DNA from: Antechinus flavipes
Lineage: Eukaryota
DNA length: 64,000 bases
Direction: 5' to 3'
NCBI RefSeq assembly: GCF_016432865.1
Contig: NC_067402.1
Coordinates: forward strand, 16,368,001-16,432,000
Part shown: one piece after another, positions 48,171-58,800 of the stretch
How positions within the stretch are numbered: position 1 is the first letter of the stretch
How the letters are laid out: every line of letters starts with the position of its first letter
The notes under the pieces: generated by a model
The model's database searches: none
Told to the model about the DNA's origin: nothing
Seen by the model: the letters and a program-made list of their open reading frames with translations, nothing else
Position numbers and translations under genes: made by a program

Positions 48171-51100
48171 GCCTCCGTCTCCGGCCTCGAGGTCCCGCAC
48201 GGAGGGAGGGGAGGAGGGAGGAGAGCAGGACTCCCCAGAGCGGCCAACCCCGGGGCTCGGGGTGGGATCCAGAGCCCTCGGTACGCTTTAGACAAGCCGG
48301 GAAACCGTGGAGAGATGCAGGGACCGAAACATAGCTGAAGAGGCCGGTTGCAGAAAACATCAGCAAACAAGAGCTCATCCACTACTCCGCAAGTGTGCAG
48401 AAGCGCCCGGCCGATTTCACTGTGAAAGCTGTCCCCCTTCTCCCGAAGAGAAGTCACGGAGTTGAATTTTATTTTTTTAAGAAAAGACTGAATTTGAGGT
48501 GTGTTCCCCCCTCCCTCCAACGCGTCCCATTTCACATTTTTGTGTATGTGCTTTGCCATTTCAAAGAGGTCTATTTAAAAACTCCAGACTGTGCGTAAAC
48601 AGCAGTGGAATGCCCATAGCAACGTGTTACAAATTCTCTCGTGAAATGCCTTTAATAAACTCGATTACGTAAAAACCCTGATGCAATAAATAAGGCTAAA
48701 GGGCCTAGCGTTGATCACTGTTGATCGACCAATCTCTTCTGGGTGTATATGTGGCTTGCTTTGGTTTTTTTAAGCCTATGAGACTTTTCCGGCCTCGACG
48801 CAGCGGGACTAGCCCAAGGCCAGTATTAGTCAATTTCACGAATGTTTTCAAGCTGCGCCCAAAGCCCTCCCGCTTTGATTTTTAGGAGGCTTCAGGGAGG
48901 AAGAGAAAGAGGGAGAAAGACCGATAGACAGAGAAAGAGACACACAGAGAGACAGAGGTAGGAAGGTGCAGATACAGAAACAAAGACAGAGAGTGAAAGG
49001 AAGAAAAAAGAGGGGAAGAAGAAGCAAAANNNNNNNNNNNNNNNNNNNNNNNNNNNNNNNNNNNNNNNNNNNNNNNNNNNNNNNNNNNNNNNNNNNNNNN
49101 NNNNNNNNNNNNNNNNNNNNNNNNNNNNNNNNNNNNNNNNNNNNNNNNNNNNNNNNNNNNNNNNNNNNNNNNNNNNNNNNNNNNNNNNNNNNNNNNNNNN
49201 NNNNNNNNNNNNNNNNNNNNNNNNNNNNNNNNNNNNNNNNNNNNNNNNNNNNNNNNNNNNNNNNNNNNNNNNNNNNNNNNNNNNNNNNNNNNNNNNNNNN
49301 NNTACCCAGCCCTCTCTGTTCCCCTGGTTCATATCAGGTCTCCACAAGTTTCGGCAGCTACCATCATTATCTCACAGATTAATTAACATTTAAAATAAGA
49401 GAGGAGTGAAGAAATACCATCAACATAATGGAAGCCTCTTTAGACCATAAAAATCTGCCTCCTCCCAATCCCCCCATTGCCAAGGCTAATCTGTTGTCTA
49501 TGAAGGTTACAAGTCTCCTTGTGGGGAGGGTGCAGAAAACAAAACCGAAGGAACCGGAACCGGGGCTGGGTGCTATTATCAGGCCTTCGAAGAAGGAGCC
49601 CCTGAGGTCACCCCATTTGCTGCCTGCCAGCTTTCCAAACCAGGATAATTAGTAAATTACTCCATTCTCTAGACATAAATACCCGTGCACCAACAGAAGT
49701 TTCCCTGACTACATGTCTACAAATAAACAAACACGAAAAAGGAATAAGAGAGGCTCTGTGGCCTTCCCCAAAGAGCCTATAGATGATCTATGTTGCCCTT
49801 GAGGTGCAGTTACATTAGGAAATATACTTGGTGTATGTTTGTGTGTAAGTGTATATTTTAGATAGAGAGAACCAAGGTAGATTATTGTCATTTGACTCAA
49901 AACAACAACAAAAAACCAAACAAAAAACCCAAACCAAACTTTAAAATCCTTATAACTTCAGAGTAGGATTATATTTTATGAATTTACTCTGATAATAATT
50001 TTTAAGGTGGCAGGCTTAGGGAGAAATACTTTCATTTTCTCTGTATAATTATATGTCTTAAAGAAGACGGTCCAGTTTTTTGTAAGTGCTAGGAACAACA
50101 TCGGGAAAATCTTTCCTGGGTTGTTTATGCGAGCTTGTGTAGCTCACAATTGAACATGACTATATTATTCCATGCAATGCTAAAGTAGGCTTCGGCCCAT
50201 CTTTAGTGAGTCCTATTTCCAGTATAAATAAAAAGTCAAACTCTCCGACAAAAGGCTAAACATAAAGTCTTATACACACATGATCACAAATACATGCACA
50301 CTATGCCGCTATGGACATATGTAAATACATTATATCTGTCTATATAATATATACATATTCTTTCTTTAAAAAGAAAAACCTAACAGGCAGATCTCACAAA
50401 CTTTCAACTCATAACTATATGCTAGCAAAATAACATTCAGCTTTTGGACCTCCAATAGATTTTCCCTATGAATGACTGTTAGACTCAGATCTGTAGCTCT
50501 GAAATCAAGAAGGGTCTCCATATTGACCTTTAAAGAGGTAGGTTTCTTTGAATTTCTGAAATGTAATTCTAGAAGTCTATAGTTAGCAAGGCATCTAAAA
50601 CCTTTTTTTATTTGCCGTAAAGGTTCCCAATAATTCTAATTAGGCTGGTAGACCACCTTAGGAGACGACGGGAAGGAAGGAAAGATTATTTAGGCAGGCC
50701 TCCTATACTGTAATAAACATTTTCAGCTTTGAAAATACACCCATGTGCTTCTGACAAAGCAGAAAGGATCTGTTATTTAGATGGCCTAAACTAGCTTCGG
50801 AATGACTATTATTATAATTTTTAAAGGACATTCTGTATCATCGAAAGCACAAGAGTACGGAGAGATTCCCTCAACTTCATGAATCATCACACATTGTCAA
50901 CATTAGCCCAAAACGTTTTAACTGGAAACAACATTTACAAAATATTTTCAAACCTGGTAGTGCATGCCTCTTATTAAAATATATATATATATTTACTGTA
51001 TCTACCAAATGTCAAGTATCTACAAATCTATATAAAATCTATACAAATCTATATATACATTTGCTTCTTCTGGAGCTAACCTTCCCCTCCTCCCTCCCGC

Positions 51101-51241
51101 CCCCCCCCCCAAAAAAAAAGAAAAACTCTGCCTTGGGCCTAGTAACTACCTCCAATCCATTCCCTCCCCATTCCCTCTTCTCCCATTCCCCAACAGCTTA
51201 AGAAACTCTGAAAACAAGCTGAATGACAACAATTCTCTGAA

Positions 51242-51255
51242 ACACCAGGTGGCGC
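51242..51255 (+). promoter_or_regulatory. CTCF motif downstream of HOXA13 (plus orientation)
   Basis: ACACCAGGTGGCGC, 13/14 to the core consensus. Confidence 0.6.
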
Positions 51256-51923
51256 CCTTGATCCACCAATCCCAAAGAGGCCGATTCATGAGCTGTCAAA
51301 AGTCAAGGTCACAAATTGTCTTTTTTCCTCAAGGTCAAGGTTTAGGGCCTTTCCTAGTCTTGTCATTTCAACAAATATCAAAACCTGCACTTCTAGACAC
51401 TTCCAGACCCAACAAAAGTCCTTAAAATACGGCGGCTTTGGCATTTCTGATACTCACAACTGGTTCTCATTTTCCACTGAAACCTGGGAATTTAGACTAT
51501 CTCTTTTCCTTTCCTTCCTTCCTTCTTTTTTTTTTTTTTTTTTGCTTCTCCACCCCTCCCCTTCAAAATACCTGACACTTTAACCTTCCCTAAGCACTTA
51601 TCATCTGGCTGAATCTAGAGATAGGGAGATTTCACCCTTTGCTCAAAAATTTATAGCAATATTATGAGCTGGGTTGAGAATAGAAAAGAAGGGTCCTAGC
51701 TTTAAAAGATGAGATAAAGCTGGGTCTTCACTCTCCGCGCAGCGCATTTTCAGGGTAGGGAAATAAAGAGTATTTCCTTGAGATTGTATGGCAGTGACTA
51801 TTTTATTAACAGAATAAACATCACTAGATCACTATCTACATGTCTTAGAATTTTTTCATTTTCAGTAGAAATATAAAAAAAATGAGGGTGCACAGATACA
51901 TCATTCACAGTGCGCTGAATGTC

Positions 51924-51929
51924 TTTATT
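51924..51929 (-). terminator. HOXA13 proximal polyadenylation signal
   Basis: AATAAA on the minus strand within CTTGTAAATAAAGA, about 1.33 kb after the stop. Another AATAAA lies near 51802-51807. Confidence 0.55.
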
Positions 51930-53260
51930 TACAAGATAGCATTTTTTTTTAATAGTGAATAAGAACAAGTCTAATGTGCTGGTTGAAATAACTGATTGAT
52001 TAAAAAGGTGCTGTAAGATGAATCCCTAACACTGCCTAATGCGGTTTCATAACAGATGATAAACAAGGAAAAAAAAACTAATTACTTAAATGATCAAAAT
52101 ATAGGCTATAGAAATCAAAAATGTTTCTGGGGGACAAGAATGGATTTCGGCTCTGAGTTTTCTAGTCCCCACTTTTTTTTTCTCCAGAAAAAAAGCTTCG
52201 TCAAATAGAAAAGGCCAATTCTAACCAGTACTCTATCCGTGGTCTACCGAGATATGGGAGGTTTTTTTTTTTTTTGTTTTTGTTTTTTTCTGTTCTTGGT
52301 GGTGGTGATAGTTTTTTCCCCCGATATTTTGGTGGTGTTTTTTTGGTGGTCGTTACAGGATTAGGCTAGAAGGTGTCTTGGAAGAGCAAAGGCGGATTAA
52401 AAGATGCGGAGTCCTTTGGAAAATCAATAGTTTTGGAGGGGCAGGAAATACAGTCCAAATGCCACAATATTTGCTTGTTAGTAGCAAATAAGGACGATTC
52501 TAAGGATTTTGTTTCCTATACTCCAGAGGTTGATTTGGCTGTCTTCACCACCCAGACTAGAAATCTTCTTCCTCAGTGCTGCCTCTTTCCCTGCCCTCAC
52601 CCCCTCTCTTGATATTTCTGCCTTCAGGATTCCAATACCTTCTTTCCTCTCTATTTATACACACAGAATAACATAAATGCATCAACTTTACCATCGAGAA
52701 AGTGGACATTTTCACTCGGAGTTAGTTACCTGAGCAGCTATCCCACAAGCACTGGGATTGCAAACATAAGATTGCAAACATAATTTTTTGCTTTTTGTTT
52801 TTTTGTTTTTGTTTTAGTAAAGGCAGATGTTGACCATGACCTCGCGAATTTCACCAGCTTTCAGATCCTAACCATTTAAGAGAGCGTCCTAAAATACAAA
52901 GGTCACATAAATACTTACAGGATTTCAGTAAATGCGTAACTTATCTGAAAATTGCGTATTTGGGGGTTGGCGTTTGGGTTCTAGAGTTGGGCATTAACAG
53001 TCAGTCAGCTTGGGCTTTCAGGAGAACTGTGAAGTCTTAACTGTTTCTTATCGCAAGGTTTTTTGTTTTTGTTTTAAAAAAAAAATTATAGATTCCATCA
53101 AAGACACAGCTATCTCTTTAGGAAAGAAGAGGGCCATTGTCTCTCCTCTGATCGTTTTCATTATTATTAATTATTATTATCTGAGTGTGGGCAAGGCAAC
53201 GAGTTCGGCAACTTTCCACAGAAGAGTCGCCTCTTCTCTCCATTAAAAAAAAAAAATCCA

Positions 53261-53505
53261 TTAACTTGTCGTCTTGAGTTTGTTGATGACTTTTTTCTCT
53301 TTGACCCTCCTGTTTTGGAACCAGATGGTGACCTGTCGCTCGGAGAGATTCGTCGTGGCTGATATCCTCCTCCGTTTGTCCTTAGTAATGAATTTATTTG
53401 TAGCATATTCCCTTTCGAGTTCTTTTAGTTGGACCTTGGTATAAGGCACCCGTTTCTTTCTTCCCCTTCGGTAGGAGTTCGCGTCCGACGGGTGTGAGAC
53501 AACAT
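53261..53505 (-). CDS. HOXA13: Homeobox A13, exon 2 (homeodomain)
   Basis: Acceptor CTCTGCTGTGTAG|AT at 53506/53505. Translation (D)[83 protein letters not shown] at 53263-53261. Confidence 0.98.
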
Positions 53506-54336
53506 CTACACAGCAGAGAGAGAGAAAGAGAAAGAAGGCGAATTACACACCCAGTGAGCAGGCCTGCCGTGCCCGGGGATGGCCGACTCCCAGGCGGCCA
53601 GCATCCTCACGCCTGCCCAGCCTACTTCTACCTTTGCCACCTTTGGACCCCGGCGATTTGTACTACGGGAGAAAGGATCATTCTGGGGTCAAATTGCTCC
53701 CCTTTTGCCCGCAAGGAAAATCAGCAGGGGCTGTCTATCCGATGGACGAGGAGAGGTGCTCATGCTCATGTCCATCCTTGTTCAAGGAGTGCCCAGTCTC
53801 GGCAATCGTTGCCCACCTTGGGGGGACTGTCTAGTAGCTGTGGACAACAGACTTTCAGCTGCCACATCACCCACCTCCTCCCCAGCTTTCTTCCAGTCTA
53901 ATTCTCTGATCTATACGAAAATGGGCAGCTCTTGACTAAAGTCGGTTGGGAGAAAAATAGAAGTTGGGGATGGTCTGGAGGCTGAGAGAGGACTCTATGA
54001 TTTCCCGAAACTATTCCGAAAACCATACTCTGAGAAGAGGGGCTCCAGAGGGAGGAGATTTGGGCACAGCGGAGTCAATTAAGCGCCCACCCCCACTCGT
54101 CGGGTGACAGGCGTAATAGAGAAAGGGGAAGCAAAACCGCGGGGACTGTAGCAAAGACATGGTATAGAAGGTGATTGGGAGCATGGAGAGGAAGAGAAGG
54201 CTCCGCTGACTCTCGAAGAGCACGGAGGGTACAGAGGGGAGCTGGGGAAGAGCTAGAAGCGGGCTAGGGAGGAGTAGAGACATCAGCCCGGAGAGCGGAG
54301 CGGAGCCGCAGAAGGAGGGAGAGGGGCATCATTTAC

Positions 54337-55199
54337 CGGGCAGAGTGGACTTCCAGAGATGGGGAGGCTGGCCTTGCTCTTTGGGGCAGTACACCTGGCC
54401 ATTCCAACCGTTGGGCAAAGCCCAGGGCTGGTAGCTCTCCATGGGCAGCCCCAGCGGCTCGTGGCGGGGCTCGCCGGGGCCCCCGAGGCCCGGCACCACG
54501 GGCATATCCAAGTAACCGGGCACGGGCTGGTGATGGTGGTAGGGCCCGGCTGCGTAGCCCTGGTGATAGAAGGCGAACTCCTTAGCGCGGGAGCTGAACT
54601 CCTCCGCCGCCGCCGCGGCGGGACCGGCCGCCGTGTCCATGTACTTGTCAGCGAAGGCGGCGGCGGCGGCTGCTGCTGCCGCCGAGGCTGGCTGTGCCGC
54701 CGCGGCGCACGACTTGAGCGCGTTGGGGTGGTGGCCCATGCGGGCGCACGGGTAGTAACCGCTGCCGAAGTAACCGTAGGGCAGGGCGGCGCCCGACGAG
54801 CTCTGAGCCGCAGCCGAGCAGGGGCTGCACTGCTTGACCGGCTCGGCGCCCGCCGCCCCCGCGGGCCCGGGGCCGCCAGAGGACGACGAAGACGAGGACG
54901 CGGCGGCAGCGGCAGCTGCAGCGGCGGCGGCGGCGGCGGCGGCGGCCGCGGACGGGGGTGCCTCCCCCGGGGCGCTGTAGGCTGCCGCCGCTCCGGGGGC
55001 CAGAGGCGCCGGGTGCGCCATCAGGTTCCGGCACTGGTTGGCCGCGGCCGCGGCAGCCGCTGCCGCCGCCGCAGCCACGGAGAAGTTCCCCCCCGCGTGG
55101 GCGGCGGCCGGGTGGTGGAAGCCCCCGCCCCCCGCCCCGGCCGCTGCCGCCGCAGCCGCCGCCGCCGCCGCCGCCGCCGCCCCTTCCATGTTTTTGTTG
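54337..55199 (-). CDS. HOXA13: Homeobox A13, exon 1, 5'-partial (start codon expected near 55291, inside gap 55200-55435)
   Basis: NKNMEG-A14-GAGGGG...SV-A12[10 protein letters not shown]...PS-A17-S7-GGPG...[11 protein letters not shown]...KEFAFY...[24 protein letters not shown]. Donor G|GTAAAT at 54337/54336. About 31 N-terminal residues known from orthologs fall in the gap. Confidence 0.97.
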
Positions 55200-55435
55200 N
55201 NNNNNNNNNNNNNNNNNNNNNNNNNNNNNNNNNNNNNNNNNNNNNNNNNNNNNNNNNNNNNNNNNNNNNNNNNNNNNNNNNNNNNNNNNNNNNNNNNNNN
55301 NNNNNNNNNNNNNNNNNNNNNNNNNNNNNNNNNNNNNNNNNNNNNNNNNNNNNNNNNNNNNNNNNNNNNNNNNNNNNNNNNNNNNNNNNNNNNNNNNNNN
55401 NNNNNNNNNNNNNNNNNNNNNNNNNNNNNNNNNNN

Positions 55436-55484
55436 CGACCCACCCGTTCCCTCCCACGTGATATGCAAAGCGGGCTGCTCCCGG
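55436..55484 (-). promoter_or_regulatory. Fragment of the HOXA13 promoter between two gaps
   Basis: CACGTG at 55455-55460 immediately followed by ATATGCAAAG (octamer-like). Confidence 0.45.
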
Positions 55485-55899
55485 NNNNNNNNNNNNNNNN
55501 NNNNNNNNNNNNNNNNNNNNNNNNNNNNNNNNNNNNNNNNNNNNNNNNNNNNNNNNNNNNNNNNNNNNNNNNNNNNNNNNNNNNNNNNNNNNNNNNNNNN
55601 NNNNNNNNNNNNNNNNNNNNNNNNNNNNNNNNNNNNNNNGCGGGGGGGGGGAGAGGGGGGAACAGGCGCGGATAATTCAATAACACAGTCACGGAGAGAA
55701 GGAAGAAAAACGCGGGGCCGTGGGGGAAGGGAAAGTAAAGGCTCAGGACCCGAGAGTCCCAGACTCCCCCCGCTCCAGCTACCGCACTCCTCCAGGGCTG
55801 GGCTTCCCGCAGCGCCACTTTACCCCACCCCCCTCTCTTCTCCTCCCCTCTCCTCCCCCGCAGTCCCCCATCAACGAGGGATGGCCTAGAAGAGGGGGG

Positions 55900-58800
55900 A
55901 AGGGGTCTGGGAGGTGAGAGGACCGCGGTGGTTTTTGTGTACCAATGTATTCCCGAGGCTGGGCAGGAGGGACAGGTACTGTGGGAGGATGGGGCGGGCG
56001 GTGGGGAGCTCTCGGTCTGTCCTGGTTGGGTTGTCGCTGTGGAGTTTTCGGTAGCTGCTTGTCTTTCTGGATTAGGACTACAGGCGAATCGGGCGCTTTC
56101 TGGGCCTAGGACAGTTCCGCTTTTTATTTTGGCTCATTCTCGGGGTGGGGATCACGCAGGGGGAGGGGAGCTAATGGTAGTTGTCTCTTTTCTGCGCCCG
56201 AATGACGCGCGGAGCCGAGTCGGACCCGGACTTTGGGTAACTAAGTAGCTCTAGATGATTAGGAGAGAACATCTCTCAGAAGGAAGGTGGCCCCGGCCTA
56301 GAAGCGCTTGGGGCCCTCCTCCCTGCCTTCATCTCTACTCTGCGAAAGCATTGAGAGACTTGTAACCAACCCAGAAGCAAGCAATAGAAACAGCTAAAAC
56401 ACAAACACGCTCTCCCCCGCCCCCCCAATCTCCCATCCTCTCACTGGCGACAGTTGTATAGATCCTTGGCAGCTCGAGGAGGCCTCCTCCTCCCAGATCC
56501 TAAGTCAGAGCGGTCCGGAGCGAAAGGGCTTGGGAAGGACAGACCGGCCACCCCGAGCTGGGGGCGTAAGGAGGGAAGAAGGAAGCGACCGGCTCTGCAG
56601 GATTTTCTTAGCTGGTTAGATTTCTTGTTCTCCTCCAAACGGCGGCCTAAATGTTTCCTTTCGCCTTCACGTTCTGAGGGGAAACCTCCAGGTTTCATGC
56701 TCCTTTTGGGGGAGTCGGAGAGAGCATCAGTTCTGACTTTTACTTCCAGAATATATTCTCCCTCCTTCCAAAACACTCTCCAGGCCTCTTCAGGCTACGC
56801 CTTCCCCCACCCCGCCCTCCTCCCCCCACTATACGGATGAGACTTTTGTCTCTATTCTGTAAACCTTACGCAGCCTTGAATGATGTCGCTCTGCGGCTGC
56901 GAATCCGGTTCTTTTCTTGAAATTGAGGAAGCTCCAGGATGCCTTGTGTCTTCTCCCTGCGGACGAGGATCTGGGCCAAGCCCTTGGCTTTGGACCTGCG
57001 GGCTCCTGCAGGCTATGTTGCAGGCATCGGGAACGAGCCCCTGATGGCTTTCAGCTGGAGATCGGACAGGCTGGGTAGTCCGTGACTTTGGCCCTCGTTG
57101 GGCAGCAATATATGGCCGCTTTGGGGGAAAGAAATTAGCCTTGGAGTTTGGGGAAAAGAGGCAGGAAGGAAGGTGAGCAGGCAGCTAGCTAGATAGGCAG
57201 ACAAAAAAGTTTGTATTATAAACGAAACTGAGGGCTTCCTGATGAGATCTCAGGGATTTCAGCGAGACGGGTAAAGCGACAGAGAAGCTGGACTTCGGGG
57301 CTACGATCTTGACCCAAAAGAAGTGCTGGGAGAGGGAGAAAGTAGGATATTCTTCTGCCCTTTTTTTTTGGCGATCCCGGAGCCTAGGCAGGGTGCCAGT
57401 CCGGCATTTTCTCCGAAGAAGGCACTGGCCTGTCAGCTCAAGGGATAGACGTAGAAAAAAGGGGATGCGTGAGCGGTGATTTTTCTGGAACTCTTTTCCA
57501 CACATTCGCTTGGACAGACGTAAGAACCAAGTCAAAAGAACCCCGTCATTTTCCTGCTTTTCCTCTCTCTTGACTCTAGCTGCAAGCAAATATTTCTTTA
57601 TTCCCCACAGCCTCCTCTTACTTGAGCTAAAATTTTGGAGATTTATGTGACCTTCAGTGGCTCATTTTTGTGTTTTAACCCTGGCCCTTTTGTCTTCCCA
57701 TTCCACTCTCCTTTTTCGGGGTTTCATTGAAAAATGCAGGAAGAGAGAAGAGACAGAAAAGAGAGAAGAGATCTCGGAGTTTAAAGGGCAGAGCTGTTTT
57801 ACATACGGGTCAGACACGGCTAGAGGCCAAGGTCAAGTTGAAAGTTGCAGTCTAGCCAATGTGAGACCTGTCAGTCAAAGCTTGAAACCCTGTCGGATTT
57901 GTTCAAAGGCAGCATCCCTGGAAACAGTAATCGTCCTCTCCTCTCACTTTCTCTCCCCCTTCCACGCACGTTTTTTCCCCTAATTTTGTTTTCGATTTTC
58001 TTATAGTAGGAATTAGCTTTTTTTTTGGAGGGGAGGGAGGAAAGGGGTCTCTGTATGTGCCCTTGCCGAAGCCTCCTTGCCTAAAACCGCCTGACTCTGT
58101 TTTAGTTCCATTTCTTTTTCTTCCAAAGATGAGTTAAGCCCTACTGGACCTTGGACACCCAATATCAACTCAGGGTATTTTGATTTCGTTTTGATCATTT
58201 GCCAATTGTTGGTTCAAAAAAAAAAAGGGGGGGGAGCCTAGATGAGATCCAAATTCCATTTACTTGACCCCGAAACGCTAAGGGCCAGGGTTGACGTCCT
58301 GGTCGTGAATGCAAAGTCAGCCACCAAGGCTCCCGGGGTCCCTTTCTCCTCAGAAATTGTTCCGAGTCTTATCTGGCCAAAATTTTAGAAACTGCCTTTT
58401 CCGGAAGGGAAAGGACAATGCTTCCATTGTCCTTCGGATCATGAGTTCCCTTTACCCTAACTTTGTGAATTTAAGAAAACGACCCGGATATAATGCAGTC
58501 AATAACGCTTTTGAAGAAAAGAGGAACTTACTGGCCTACATTGTATAAACCGATAAAATGATTTCGATATTTGACTGGCTCTCTGCCTCGTTCAACTCAA
58601 ATATACAATGGCCGAGATCTCCAGAGAGACTTAAAAAAAAAAAAAATACAGGAACCATGATGTAAACGAGAAATCGAGTAAAAGCAACATTAACATCTTG
58701 ACGGAATCACGCGGTACAAAGTGACTTCTCCTACGGGCGTCATTAGCTCTTAAAATGTCTGAAGGTCCGATTAGCCCGTGAGATAGACACAAAGCGAAGA

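Noticed and set aside
36769-53260. Missing HOXA12
   Set aside because: Normal for the HOXA cluster; no remnant detected.
54359-55675. 438-aa plus-strand ORF and other long ORFs antisense to or overlapping Hox exons (e.g. 36072-36506, 23791-24039, 13191-13523, 55038-55889)
   Set aside because: Shadow ORFs of GC-rich, GCN-repeat coding sequence, often running through N-gaps. No independent coding signature.
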